From Candidatus Oleimmundimicrobium sp. (GTDB taxonomy: Bacteria > Actinomycetota > Aquicultoria > UBA3085 > Oleimmundimicrobiaceae): a stretch of DNA of 64,000 nucleotides. Location of the stretch: positions 9,380 through 73,379 of the forward strand of contig NZ_JAUSCH010000004.1 of NCBI RefSeq assembly GCF_030651595.1, written 5' to 3'. The translations under genes were made by a program, and so were the position numbers. Under the pieces are notes generated by a model, which was not told the DNA's origin, did no database searches, and was given only the letters and a program-made list of their open reading frames with translations. Numbering within the stretch: the stretch's first letter is position 1; the number at the start of each line of letters is the position of its first letter. Below are positions 29,637 to 39,620 of the stretch, in pieces.

Positions 29637-29886
29637 AGGGTAATGGATAATGGGTAAAGCTGGAGATGAAGAATGAAAAATGAAGAACGAAAAACGATAA
29701 TGAAAAAATAAAAATGGTTTCCAAGCACAGCTTGCCTAACAACAGATGCTGGTCTAGTGATAAATATTATCTTTAAGGGTTTTCCGTTTAAATTATTCTA
29801 TACCGTGCTTATCGACAAGCAGGTAGTTTTAAATTTTTCACTTCTAATTTTTAATTTAAATAACTGAGAGTTGGGTGTAAAAGCAT

Positions 29887-30888
29887 ATGTATATTGAAGA
29901 TATTGGGGAAACAGGAATAATTGAGAAAATTGCCAATTTAGTTGGTGTTGAAGATGAAGATATAATTGTTTCCATTGGTGACGACGCAGCCGTTGTTCGC
30001 TCCCCTTCAAATTACTATACCGTTTTGACCACCGATTTTATGATAGAAAAAGTTCATTTTGACTTGTCCACCATATCCGCTTACCAATTAGGTCGCAAAT
30101 CGATGCTGGTTAACATCAGCGATATTGCAGCAATGTCGGCTATACCCACCTACGCTCTGATTTCTTTAGGTATCAAGCCCAAAACGAAGGTTAATTTTAT
30201 AGAAGAGTTATATGAAGGAATGGTTGATGTATCTAAAGAATACGATTTTAAAATAGTAGGCGGCGATACGGTTGCTTCTCCATGTTCCTTGTCAATTAAT
30301 ATAGCGATGGTTGGAAAAGTAGAGCCCCATCTTTTAAGAAAACGGGCTGACGCGAAGGTTGGTGACAAGGTCTTGGTAACCGGCAAGTTGGGTGCATCTT
30401 CAGCCGGCCTTTTTCTGTTGAATTCAAAAATTAAAGGTGACGAATATTTGATAAAATCTCACCTTGAACCAGTTCCTAGATTAAAAGAAGCAAGGCTTTC
30501 AGCAATTTGCGGAGCACACGCAATGGAGGATATAAGCGATGGCCTGGCTAGCGAAATCTATCATATTTGCAATGCTAGCAGAGTAGGGGCCGTTATCCAT
30601 GAAGAGAGTTTGCCTATTGCGAATGGAGTAAAAGGTGTCGCCGAAATTGCCAAAAAGCCATCTGAATATTTTGTTCTTTATGGTGGAGAAGATTATGAGA
30701 TTGTTTTAACGGTGGGCTTAGAAAAAATGGAGAAACTTATTCATCGGGTTTATTCTGAAACAGGAACAACATTAACTTTGGTCGGTGAAATTATTGATGA
30801 GCAAAAAGGTGTTTATGTCTTGAAAAAAGATGGCTCAAAAAGACCGCTAACCAAAGGATATGATCATTTTAGAAAAGAGGAGCTCTAA
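29887..30888 (+). CDS. thiL: thiamine-monophosphate kinase
   Basis: AIR-synthase-related fold, GDDAAV and TTDFMIEKVHF motifs. Confidence 0.85.
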   Translation: MYIEDIGETGIIEKIANLVGVEDEDIIVSIGDDAAVVRSPSNYYTVLTTDFMIEKVHFDLSTISAYQLGRKSMLVNISDIAAMSAIPTYALISLGIKPKTKVNFIEELYEGMVDVSKEYDFKIVGGDTVASPCSLSINIAMVGKVEPHLLRKRADAKVGDKVLVTGKLGASSAGLFLLNSKIKGDEYLIKSHLEPVPRLKEARLSAICGAHAMEDISDGLASEIYHICNASRVGAVIHEESLPIANGVKGVAEIAKKPSEYFVLYGGEDYEIVLTVGLEKMEKLIHRVYSETGTTLTLVGEIIDEQKGVYVLKKDGSKRPLTKGYDHFRKEEL

Positions 30889-31692
30889 TTGAAAGGAAAG
30901 AAGATATTGGTTATTGGGGGCTCGGACCCGAGCGGGGGAGCCGGAATTCAGGTAGATAGATTAACCTGTGCCGATTTAGGAGTATACCCTTACAGTATTT
31001 TAACTGCAGTTATTGCTCAAAATAGTTCTAAGGTGTTGAGCATAGAGAGATTGTCTTCTGATATAATTTCCAAACAGTTGGAAGCAGTCTTTCTTGATAC
31101 GCGAATTGACACTGTTAAAATTGGAGCTCTTACTTCTATAGAAGCAGTTGAAGTTGTTTCAAGTTTTTTTGAAGAGCTTAAAGTGAAAAATATTGTGATT
31201 GACCCCGTGATTCAATCTTCCAGTGGGACATCTTTTCTTTCACCATCGGCAGTATCTTTAATGAAGATTCGTCTGTTTAGAATCGCTCGGGTTGTTACAC
31301 CAAACATCCCTGAAGCTGAAAGACTTACTGGATTTTCGATAAAGAATTTTGATGACATGAAAAAAGCAGCTGAAGCGATAAAAACACTTGGCCCGGAATG
31401 GGTGCTAATCAAAGGAGGGCATCTTCAGGGCGATGAGTGCACGGATTTTTTATTCAACGGAAATATTGAGCGGAAATATTCAAGCAAACGAATAAATAAA
31501 AATGTCAAAGGGACCGGTTGTATCTTCTCTTCCGCATTGGCTTCTCAGCTTGCTTTAAATAAAGATGTACCTGAAGCGGTAGAGTTGGCTAAACTATATG
31601 TTACTGAGAGAATTTCAAAAGCTATTTCTCTTGGAAAGGGTAACTTTCAATCCATTCCGTCTTTTTTTGAAAATTTTGAAGTTAATTGGTGA
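30889..31692 (+). CDS. thiD: hydroxymethylpyrimidine/phosphomethylpyrimidine kinase
   Basis: N-terminal IGGSDPSGGAGIQVD (ThiD/PdxK family); TTG start after AGAGGAG. Confidence 0.85.
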   Translation: MKGKKILVIGGSDPSGGAGIQVDRLTCADLGVYPYSILTAVIAQNSSKVLSIERLSSDIISKQLEAVFLDTRIDTVKIGALTSIEAVEVVSSFFEELKVKNIVIDPVIQSSSGTSFLSPSAVSLMKIRLFRIARVVTPNIPEAERLTGFSIKNFDDMKKAAEAIKTLGPEWVLIKGGHLQGDECTDFLFNGNIERKYSSKRINKNVKGTGCIFSSALASQLALNKDVPEAVELAKLYVTERISKAISLGKGNFQSIPSFFENFEVNW

Positions 31693-31697
31693 GGTTT

Positions 31698-31895
31698 TTA
31701 AGCTTTTGTTACTTTGTTGGACTTGATACATCTTGTGCAAACATTTGTTTTTTTAGTTTCCCCGTCTTCAACTATCCGTATTTTTTGTATGTTGGCTTTC
31801 CACTTTTTTAACGTTTTTTTATGTGAATGGCTCACGTTTTTTCCAAATAACGGGCCTTTCCCACAAATTTCACATTTCTTTGACAATTTAAACAC
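31698..31895 (-). CDS. rpmB: 50S ribosomal protein L28
   Basis: MFKLSKKCEICGKGPLFGKNVSHSHKKT... matches the L28 pattern; 65 aa. Confidence 0.85.
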   Translation of the reverse strand: MFKLSKKCEICGKGPLFGKNVSHSHKKTLKKWKANIQKIRIVEDGETKKTNVCTRCIKSNKVTKA

Positions 31896-32035
31896 TCCTG
31901 TTTTAATATCTTTTATGCTCGAGAAATATTAGCATTGTAAAAAGTTTTTTGCAAGAAGGTTTTGGTTTTTATGTTTTTTTATTATATTATAATCATCAAA
32001 TATTATATATGATTTAGTTCAAGGTGGTGACTGCA

Positions 32036-32389
32036 ATGAACAAAAAAGAAGAGCATCTTGGGCAAATAAATGTTGCCAACGATGTAATAGCAGATCTAGC
32101 CGGTCATGTGGCGCTTGAAAGTTATGGCATTGCGGGGATGGCTAGTCCAAGCGCCAAAGTTGAAGTTGCTCAAATATTGACACGTGATAAATTAAAAAAA
32201 GGTGTCAATGTTAAAGTTTTAAACGATAAAGTTGAGATTGATTTATATATAATAATTGAACATGGAACAAACTTAAGCGAGGTTGCCCGGAATCTTGTTG
32301 AACGTGTTAAGTACGAGGTTGAGAAATATGTCGAACTTGAAGTAGATAATGTAGAAATTCATATCCAAAGAGTTAAAACAAGAAAGTAA
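32036..32389 (+). CDS. Asp23/Gls24 family stress protein (YloU-like)
   Basis: Asp23 pattern (IADLAGHVALESYGIAGM...); ATG 32036 after AAGGTGGTG; divergent from rpmB as in the Bacillus yloU locus. Confidence 0.8.
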   Translation: MNKKEEHLGQINVANDVIADLAGHVALESYGIAGMASPSAKVEVAQILTRDKLKKGVNVKVLNDKVEIDLYIIIEHGTNLSEVARNLVERVKYEVEKYVELEVDNVEIHIQRVKTRK

Positions 32390-32416
32390 CTTCACGAAAA
32401 GGCTCACATTGTGTTA

Positions 32417-33997
32417 ATGCTGACTACAAAAGACCTACCAAATCTAATAAGAGCTTCTTTAAGTGCTCTTAAACGACACCAAGAAGAGATAAACAAGCTC
32501 AATGTTTATCCTGTTCCTGATGGTGACACCGGAACAAATATGGTTCTTACAATGGAAGCTGTTTGCAACGAACTTTCAAAGACTAAACCTGACACGATGG
32601 AAAAAATCTGTAAAACGATTACATATGGTTCACTCATGGGTGGACGGGGAAATTCAGGCGTAATACTTTCTCAAATAATTAAAGGCTTTTGTGAAATTTT
32701 ATCTTCGAAAGAATTCGTTAATTCAGTTTTTCTGGCAGAGGCATTAAAGAATAGCGTGCAGGTTGCATACAGAGCTATTAGAAAACCCGTAGAAGGAACA
32801 ATGCTAACCGTAATTAAAGATACAGCCGCTGCTTCAAAAAAATTTGATAAGGAAGTTGAATTGGATGTGTTTTTAGAATATATCCTTAATGAGGCAAAGA
32901 AATCTGTTATGAGAACACCCGAGCTTCTGCCCGTTCTTAAAGAAGCGGGAGTTGTTGATGCAGGCGGTTGGGGATTAGCGATTATGGGAAGCGGCATTTT
33001 ATCTGCGATAAAAGGTGAGGCGGAACATGAGGAGCTGACAGAATTTAATGTGCCAGTTTTACAGCCCACAGAAGAGATTTTTTTAGAGTACCAATATTGC
33101 ACCGAGTTTATTTTAAAAAGCAGCGGAATTGAGCTTTCTAAATTTGAGGAACAACTTGCCCCTTTAGGGGATTCGCTCTTAGTTGTTGGTTCTGAAACAT
33201 TAACCCATGTTCACATACATACCAATGAGCCGGGCACGGTTTTAAGCTTGGCAACAAATAAAGGTTCTGTATCGGAAATTAAAATAAATAACATGCAAGA
33301 GGAGGCTGCGATAAGAACCGAAAAAATTATGGCAGATACAGGTAAAGTTGGACTGGTTGCGGTGGCAAGCGGTGAAGGTATTAAGAAAATACTCTCAAGT
33401 TTAGGCGTGCAAAGGATTGTAAACGGGGGGCAAACTATGAATCCAAGTACTGCCGATATTTTGAAGGCAGTTGAAGATGTTAACGCATCAAAGGTTATTA
33501 TTCTCCCAAATAATAAAAATATAATTATGGCTGCTCAAAGAGTTTCAGAACTTACAAAAAAAGAGATTGGTGTTGTTCCAACGAAATCTATTCCTCAAGC
33601 TTTATCGGCTCTTTTGGCTTTTGAAGAAGAAAAGCCCTTTGCTTTAAATGTTAAAAACATGATGAGTTCTTTGTCTAATGTAAAGACCGGTGAAATAACA
33701 AAAGCGATTCGGAATTCAAAAAATTCAATTGGTAAAATTAAAAAGGGTGACTTCATTGGTCTTATTGATCACGAAGTGAACGTTTCTGGAAAATCTTTTG
33801 TAAAAATAGCTACTAAGCTAATAAACAACATGCTTGATGACGAAAGTGAAGTGGTCACGCTTTTGTTTGGAGAAGGAGTAAAAGAAAAAGATTTAGAAGA
33901 GCTATCTAAAATTATTTCAAAAGAGTATCCCGACATAGAAATAGAAATTCATGAAGGAGGACAAGCTCTTTATCCTTTAATTATCGGAGTGGAATAA
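32417..33997 (+). CDS. DAK2 domain fusion protein (YloV-like)
   Basis: N-terminal DAK2 motif LNVYPVPDGDTGTNM; ~525 aa; follows an Asp23 gene as in yloU-yloV. Confidence 0.8.
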   Translation: MLTTKDLPNLIRASLSALKRHQEEINKLNVYPVPDGDTGTNMVLTMEAVCNELSKTKPDTMEKICKTITYGSLMGGRGNSGVILSQIIKGFCEILSSKEFVNSVFLAEALKNSVQVAYRAIRKPVEGTMLTVIKDTAAASKKFDKEVELDVFLEYILNEAKKSVMRTPELLPVLKEAGVVDAGGWGLAIMGSGILSAIKGEAEHEELTEFNVPVLQPTEEIFLEYQYCTEFILKSSGIELSKFEEQLAPLGDSLLVVGSETLTHVHIHTNEPGTVLSLATNKGSVSEIKINNMQEEAAIRTEKIMADTGKVGLVAVASGEGIKKILSSLGVQRIVNGGQTMNPSTADILKAVEDVNASKVIILPNNKNIIMAAQRVSELTKKEIGVVPTKSIPQALSALLAFEEEKPFALNVKNMMSSLSNVKTGEITKAIRNSKNSIGKIKKGDFIGLIDHEVNVSGKSFVKIATKLINNMLDDESEVVTLLFGEGVKEKDLEELSKIISKEYPDIEIEIHEGGQALYPLIIGVE

Positions 33998-34051
33998 ACA
34001 AGCAGAATGGATAATATTTGAAATTTAACGTAAAAAAAGGGGTTGATTGAG

Positions 34052-34903
34052 ATGGAGACAGAGAATGTTTCAATTGTAACAGACAGTACTGCTGATTTTG
34101 AACTTTCTTACTATAAAGAACATGATGTTTACATGGTGCCTTTAATGGTTCGCTTCAAGGAAGAGTCGTTTAAAGATTGGGTCGACATCAAACCAAAAGA
34201 ATTTTATAGGAAATTAAAGGCCTCAGATGTTCTTTCAAAGACATCTCAACCAACTGTTGCTCAATTTGAGGAAGTTTATAAAAAACTATCTCGTGACCAC
34301 ACACATATTATTTCAATTCATATTTCTTTAAAACTGAGCGGCACAGTTCAATCTGCTCAGATAGCCAGTGAAAATATAAATATACCGGTTACTGTAATTG
34401 ACGGAAAATCAGCGTCTTTATTAACCGGCATTTTAGTTGATTTGGCCGTTAAAGCGCGAGATGAAGGAAAAACTGCCGAGGAAATTGTTCAAATTGTTAA
34501 TAAAGCACGGGATAGAGCAAAGATTTTATTTGTTGTTGACACTTTAAAATATCTTCATTTGGGCGGACGCATTGGAAAAGCGCAAGCGTTAGTTGGTAGT
34601 TTGTTAAAAATTAAGCCGATTCTTACGCTGGAAGATGGCCTGGTGGCGCCTTATAAGAAAGCGAAAGGAACCAGAAAAGCCATACAAGAAATTGTTTCTA
34701 TTGCGAGAGAAAACATAGATCAAGACAAACCATATCGTTTAGTCGTTGCGCATGCCGATGCTCCTGACAATCTAGCGTATTTAAAGGAACTTCTCTTGAA
34801 AGAAGGATTTAAATCAAACCAAATAATCGAGGGCGAGGTTGGCGCTGTTATCGGAACATATACCGGTCCCGGTGCTGTCGCATTAGTTTATTACCAGGAA
34901 TAA
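34052..34903 (+). CDS. DegV family fatty-acid-binding protein
   Basis: DegV pattern (IVTDSTADF... SQPTVAQFEEVY...); ATG 34052 (ORF track TTG 34043). Confidence 0.85.
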   Translation: METENVSIVTDSTADFELSYYKEHDVYMVPLMVRFKEESFKDWVDIKPKEFYRKLKASDVLSKTSQPTVAQFEEVYKKLSRDHTHIISIHISLKLSGTVQSAQIASENINIPVTVIDGKSASLLTGILVDLAVKARDEGKTAEEIVQIVNKARDRAKILFVVDTLKYLHLGGRIGKAQALVGSLLKIKPILTLEDGLVAPYKKAKGTRKAIQEIVSIARENIDQDKPYRLVVAHADAPDNLAYLKELLLKEGFKSNQIIEGEVGAVIGTYTGPGAVALVYYQE

Positions 34904-34907
34904 TTTT

Positions 34908-37208
34908 ATGGCTGAAAAGTTTTTAAATAAGTTAGTAGAGCTTGAGGAAAAATTTGGTATAAATAATACCTCAGTAATTGGGGGACTCGCTAAGTACCTT
35001 CAAGGCATCGATTGCGCATTGCCCAATGTTAAATTTAATCCAGTTCCCAAGCAAACAAATAATTTAAAGGAGCTTAAGAATGTGGTTCCATCCTTTAAGA
35101 GTTCTTCAAAATTTGACTCAATTGAAAAAATTTTATTGCTTGATAAACCGATAGAAACGGTCAAGTATGTGGGAACCACAACCGGTAAACGGTTTAGGCG
35201 GTTGGGTGTCGAGACTTTGGGGGATCTTTTATTCCATTTTCCGCACAGATACCTTGATTTTACTAAGATAAAAAAAGTATCGAACGTTAAGGTTGAAGAA
35301 GAAGTTACCGTAGTCGGTATCGTTAAGAACATAAGAAAACATATTGGCCGAAACGGAACCCGGATTTTAAGCATTGGAATTTTTGACGGTACCGGTTACG
35401 TTTACGGTACGTGGTTTAACCAAAACTACATTGCCAATAAATTAAAAGAAGGCATGCAGGTTGCTTATAGTGGTAAGATTGTTTATAGGTTTGGGTTGAT
35501 GCAAATTCAAAATCCACTTTTCGATGTAATTGATGAGAGACAGGCTGAATCGGTTCATACCGGCCGCATTATCCCAATTTATCCAGCCACTCAAGACCTT
35601 TCACCGGTACTAATAAGAAGAATTATTAAAAATTTATTAACTGAGTTTCTCGATATTCCTGATTACATGCCCGTTGAATTAAGAAAAAAATTAGAGCTCT
35701 CAAATATCTCGTTTAGTTTACAAGAAATTCACTTTCCTTCGTCTAAATCCAACTTAGAAAAAGCAAAAAAGAGAATGCTTTTTGATGAGCTTTTTTTGAT
35801 GCAATTAGGGCTGGCAATTAAGAAAAAGAGATTTGAAAAAAATGTGGCTGGAATTAAGCATGTTATTAACGAAGAAAAACTTAACCAATTTTTTAAATTG
35901 TTGCCCTTTGAGTTAACTGCTGACCAAAAAAGAACCACTAATGATATTGTCAATGACATGGCAAGTTCGCGTCCGATGAGTCGCTTATTGCAAGGGGAAG
36001 TTGGCTCTGGCAAAACAGTGGTAGCTTTAGCTGTTTTACTCACGACGGTTTTTTGCGGTTATCAGGGAGCTATTATGGCTCCAACAGAAGTGCTTGCTAA
36101 TCAACATTTTCTTAAAACGAAGGAAATTTTAGATAAATTGAATATCGTCTCTGCAAATTTAACAGGAAGTATGCCTGCCAAAAAGAAGGAGGAGCTTCAA
36201 GAGGAGATACGTAAAGGAAATATTGATATTGTCATTGGCACTCACACCTTAATCCAAGAAAAAATTGAATTTAAAAATTTAGGAGCAGTTGTTGTAGACG
36301 AACAACACCGCTTTGGTGTTGAGCAAAGAATGAAATTAAAAGAAAAAGGAGCTTGTCCTGATGTTTTAATAATGACAGCAACTCCTATTCCGAGAACTCT
36401 ATCACTTACATTATATGGTGACTTAGATGTATCTATTATAAAAGAACGGCCCGGTGGAAGAGATTTTTCCGAACACGTTGAGACTTATATATGTAATAAC
36501 CGGCACAGAAAAAAAGCGTACGAAAAAGTGAGAAGCGAAGTAAAACAAGGCAGACAAACGTATATAGTTTGCCCTTTAATTGAAGAGTCCGATAAACTTG
36601 AAGTAAAAGCGGTCATGGACGAAGTTGTATATCTAAGAGAAAAGGTATTTCCGGATCTTAGGGTTGACGTAATTCATGGAAAACTTAAATCAGAAGAAAA
36701 AAATAGAGTGATGGAGAGGTTCCGCGAAGGTAAGGTTGATATACTTATTTCAACTACAGTTATTGAAGTTGGTATTGATGTACCAAATGCTTCTGTTATG
36801 TTAATTGAAAACGCGGACAGATTTGGCCTTTCACAGCTTCATCAATTAAGAGGAAGGATAGGTCGAGGTGAGCATAAGTCTTGCTGTATATTATTTGCCA
36901 ATCTTTCTACTGAAGAATCGAAAGCCAGAATGAAAGCTATAAAAGAAATAAAAGATGGCTTTAAACTGGCGGAGGTGGATTTAGAGATTAGAGGGGAAGG
37001 TCAACTTTTTGGCACACGTCAATCCGGTCTTCCTGATCTTAAATTAGCTAAATTAACACGGGACATTGATGTTCTTCTCAGGGCCAGGAAAGAAGCTTTT
37101 GCTATAGTGGAAGAGGACCCAGATTTAAGTTTACCCATCAATAAACCGTTAATGAGAACAGTTAAACAAAGATTTTCAAAAAACCTGGATTGGTTGTTTC
37201 AAAACTGA
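34908..37208 (+). CDS. recG: ATP-dependent DNA helicase RecG
   Basis: Wedge domain, helicase motifs GEVGSGKT, DEQHRFGV, and C-terminal helicase domain; 766 aa. Confidence 0.95.
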   Translation: MAEKFLNKLVELEEKFGINNTSVIGGLAKYLQGIDCALPNVKFNPVPKQTNNLKELKNVVPSFKSSSKFDSIEKILLLDKPIETVKYVGTTTGKRFRRLGVETLGDLLFHFPHRYLDFTKIKKVSNVKVEEEVTVVGIVKNIRKHIGRNGTRILSIGIFDGTGYVYGTWFNQNYIANKLKEGMQVAYSGKIVYRFGLMQIQNPLFDVIDERQAESVHTGRIIPIYPATQDLSPVLIRRIIKNLLTEFLDIPDYMPVELRKKLELSNISFSLQEIHFPSSKSNLEKAKKRMLFDELFLMQLGLAIKKKRFEKNVAGIKHVINEEKLNQFFKLLPFELTADQKRTTNDIVNDMASSRPMSRLLQGEVGSGKTVVALAVLLTTVFCGYQGAIMAPTEVLANQHFLKTKEILDKLNIVSANLTGSMPAKKKEELQEEIRKGNIDIVIGTHTLIQEKIEFKNLGAVVVDEQHRFGVEQRMKLKEKGACPDVLIMTATPIPRTLSLTLYGDLDVSIIKERPGGRDFSEHVETYICNNRHRKKAYEKVRSEVKQGRQTYIVCPLIEESDKLEVKAVMDEVVYLREKVFPDLRVDVIHGKLKSEEKNRVMERFREGKVDILISTTVIEVGIDVPNASVMLIENADRFGLSQLHQLRGRIGRGEHKSCCILFANLSTEESKARMKAIKEIKDGFKLAEVDLEIRGEGQLFGTRQSGLPDLKLAKLTRDIDVLLRARKEAFAIVEEDPDLSLPINKPLMRTVKQRFSKNLDWLFQN

Positions 37209-37248
37209 GGATTGTTTAATTAAATTTTTTGGAGACTGAATTTAAAAA

Positions 37249-37806
37249 ATGCGTGTAATTTCAGGTAGCACTAAAGGACACAAGTTAATAACACCGAAAG
37301 GATTAGGCACAAGGCCCACATCTGATAGGGTAAAAGAGGCGCTTTTTAACATAATTTCAGACAAAGTTGTGGGAGCGCGGGTTCTTGATTTGTATGCTGG
37401 TTCGGGAGCATTAGGTATTGAGGCCTTGAGCAGAGGGGCTCAAAAAGCTGTATTTGTTGATAGTAGCGCCAAAGCAGTTGAAGCAATTTGCGAAAATCTT
37501 AACAAAACCTTCTTATCAAAAAAAGCGGTAGCATTGAAGATGACTACACAAAGTTTCCTAAAGAATTTTTCTTCTGAAAAAGAACAATTTGAATTAATTT
37601 TTTTAGATCCGCCTTATAAAATTGAATCCGGTATGCTAAACTCCATATTTAAAGAACTTGTCTTGAAAGATGTTTTGAGCGAAAATGGTTTAATTATTTT
37701 GGAACATTCTTCGAAAAGAATTCCGGAGCAAACAGAAGAAAAATTAGGCCTTAAATTTACACGTAAATATGGAGACGCAAGCTTAAGTTTTTATGGATTA
37801 ACTTGA
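37249..37806 (+). CDS. rsmD: 16S rRNA (guanine966-N2)-methyltransferase
   Basis: LDLYAGSGALGIEALSRGA SAM motif and DPPY motif. Confidence 0.9.
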   Translation: MRVISGSTKGHKLITPKGLGTRPTSDRVKEALFNIISDKVVGARVLDLYAGSGALGIEALSRGAQKAVFVDSSAKAVEAICENLNKTFLSKKAVALKMTTQSFLKNFSSEKEQFELIFLDPPYKIESGMLNSIFKELVLKDVLSENGLIILEHSSKRIPEQTEEKLGLKFTRKYGDASLSFYGLT

Positions 37807-37816
37807 GAGGAGAAAT

Positions 37817-38305
37817 ATGAAAGTTGCTGTTTGTCCGGGTAGTTTTGATCCAATAACGAGCGGACACCTTGATGTTATTGAAAGAGGGGCCTATCTTTTT
37901 GAAAAAGTTGTGGTAGGTGTTTTCGAAAAAACCGAAAAAAATCCATTATTTTCTTTAGATGAGAGGATTGGTTTTATCGAATCGGCCATAAAAGAAAATT
38001 CGAAATTAAGCAATGTTGAAGTTGAGTCATTTAACTCACTTTTAATTGATTTTGCGCATAGACACAAAGCTTGTGCGATAATTAAAGGATTAAGGGCAGT
38101 TTCTGATTTTGAACACGAGTTTCAAATGGCTCAATTTAACCGTAAATTGGATAAGAGTATTGAAACAATATTTGTTATGGCAAGTCCAAAATATGCCTAT
38201 TTAAGCTCAAGTGCCGTTAAGGAAATTGCAAAATTTGGTGGTTGCATAGAAGGACTTGTTACCAAAGAAGTCGAAAAAGGATTTAGAAAAGTTTTCAAAC
38301 TTTAA
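37817..38305 (+). CDS. coaD: phosphopantetheine adenylyltransferase
   Basis: N-terminal VCPGSFDPITSGHLDVIERG (HxGH nucleotidyltransferase motif). Confidence 0.95.
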   Translation: MKVAVCPGSFDPITSGHLDVIERGAYLFEKVVVGVFEKTEKNPLFSLDERIGFIESAIKENSKLSNVEVESFNSLLIDFAHRHKACAIIKGLRAVSDFEHEFQMAQFNRKLDKSIETIFVMASPKYAYLSSSAVKEIAKFGGCIEGLVTKEVEKGFRKVFKL

Positions 38306-38327
38306 AATTTAGAATGGAGGATTTTGA

Positions 38328-38786
38328 ATGGATATAATGACTTTAATTGATAAAATTGAAGATATTATTACCACAGCACGAAGGCTTCCTTTAGGTAACT
38401 CAATAATGATAAATGAGCAGAAGCTATTTGATATCATAGACGAGATGCGTGCGTCTATACCCGATGAGCTTAAACAAGCAAGGTGGATTGTCAAAGAGAG
38501 ACAAGAGATGTTAGCTGAAGCTGATAAAGAAGCAAACGCAATCATTGAAGAAGCTCGTAAAAATGCTGAACAGGTTGCATCAGAGCAAGAAATAGTAAAG
38601 ATGGCCGAAGCCAAGGCCAATGAAATTATTTCAGATGCAAAAGAAAAGGAAAGAGAAATTCGTTTAGGTGCAGAAGATTATGCTGACGAGATGCTTGCAA
38701 ATCTTGAAGTTAACTTGGGAAAACTTCTTGCGGCAGTTCAAAGAGGTAGAGATAGGTTGCAAGGAAAGATACAGCCTAAATCTTAA
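38328..38786 (+). CDS. hypothetical coiled-coil protein (ATP-synthase-b/FliH-like helical repeats)
   Basis: 152-aa highly charged alpha-helical ORF with GGAGG RBS; conserved position between coaD and yceD; family not recognised. Confidence 0.45.
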   Translation: MDIMTLIDKIEDIITTARRLPLGNSIMINEQKLFDIIDEMRASIPDELKQARWIVKERQEMLAEADKEANAIIEEARKNAEQVASEQEIVKMAEAKANEIISDAKEKEREIRLGAEDYADEMLANLEVNLGKLLAAVQRGRDRLQGKIQPKS

Positions 38787-38813
38787 AGTTTGCTATGTAG
38801 TTTATAATTCAAA

Positions 38814-38848
38814 AGTTCTTGTAAAAAGACCTGCAAGAACTTTTTTAT
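38814..38848 (+). terminator. intrinsic terminator
   Basis: AGTTCTTG-(12 nt loop)-CAAGAACT followed by TTTTTT, 28 nt after the 38786 stop. Confidence 0.6.
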
Positions 38849-38896
38849 GTATTAGCTCAATTATGTTAAAATAACTAAGTTTAATTTAATAAAAAT

Positions 38897-39421
38897 ATGA
38901 ACACATTAATTATTGATGTATCTGATATTTTAACAACAGTAGGGACCAAAAAAGAGTTTAAGTTCGAGAATGAATTTAAGCCATTATATGCTGGAAAAAA
39001 ATTAAACTTTACCGGTCCGCTAAATTTCAATTTTTTTATAGAAAATGTTGGTTTAGAGCTGCTGGTTAAGGGAGATGTTCAAGGGAAACTGAGGTTTACA
39101 TGCAATCGGTGTTTAATAGAGTTTAAAGCTAAAGTGAAAGTAAACCTTGATGAAGTTTTTACACTCGAAAAAAATGAATTTGATACCAAAGAGACCTTTA
39201 AGGTTGTTGATAACAAAATTGATTTACGGGGTGCTGTTGAACAGGCCTTTTTGCTTGAATTGCCAATAAGGCCAATTTGCAAAGAAAATTGTAAGGGACT
39301 CTGCTTTAAATGTGGGCAAAATTTAAATTTAAGTAAATGTAATTGTTTAGATGAAAAGATTGATGTAAGGTTGTTAAAGTTGAAAAAACTCAAAGAAGAA
39401 TTGGAAAAAAACAGGGATTAA
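38897..39421 (+). CDS. yceD: YceD/DUF177 family protein (23S rRNA accumulation protein)
   Basis: Cysteine pairs CNRC and CKENCKGLCFKCGQNLN...CNC typical of DUF177; immediately upstream of rpmF. Confidence 0.8.
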   Translation: MNTLIIDVSDILTTVGTKKEFKFENEFKPLYAGKKLNFTGPLNFNFFIENVGLELLVKGDVQGKLRFTCNRCLIEFKAKVKVNLDEVFTLEKNEFDTKETFKVVDNKIDLRGAVEQAFLLELPIRPICKENCKGLCFKCGQNLNLSKCNCLDEKIDVRLLKLKKLKEELEKNRD

Positions 39422-39437
39422 GAAGGAGGTTTTTTAA

Positions 39438-39617
39438 TTGGCAGTTCCTAAGAGAAGAAAGTCTAGGGCGAAGCGTGATTCAAGGAGATCCCAGAATAAA
39501 AAAATTAAAATAGTTGTAACATCTGAGTGTCCTCAATGTCATCAACAAAAATTGCCGCATCATGTTTGTCCGGAATGTGGATATTATGACGGTGAACAAG
39601 TTTTGGAGGTTAAGTAA
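39438..39617 (+). CDS. rpmF: 50S ribosomal protein L32
   Basis: Not in the ORF track (59 aa). TTG after AGGAGG; translation MAVPKRRKSRAKRDSRRSQNKK...CPQCHQQKLPHHVCPECGYYDGEQVLEVK is classic L32 with a CxxC...CxxC zinc ribbon. Confidence 0.85.
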   Translation: MAVPKRRKSRAKRDSRRSQNKKIKIVVTSECPQCHQQKLPHHVCPECGYYDGEQVLEVK

Positions 39618-39620
39618 TAG

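Noticed and set aside
29637-29886. Second TPP riboswitch or CRISPR-like repeats in the thiC-thiL gap
   Set aside because: Contains CTGAGA but lacks the GGGG..GC and ACCTGA..GGATAATGCCAGCG aptamer core; the A-rich GAAGAATGAAAAATGAAGAACGAAAAACG stretch is low-complexity, not regularly spaced repeats.
38668-38874. 68-aa + strand ORF downstream of the coiled-coil gene
   Set aside because: Alternative frame overlapping the real gene's 3' end and spanning a clear rho-independent terminator hairpin (38814..38848).
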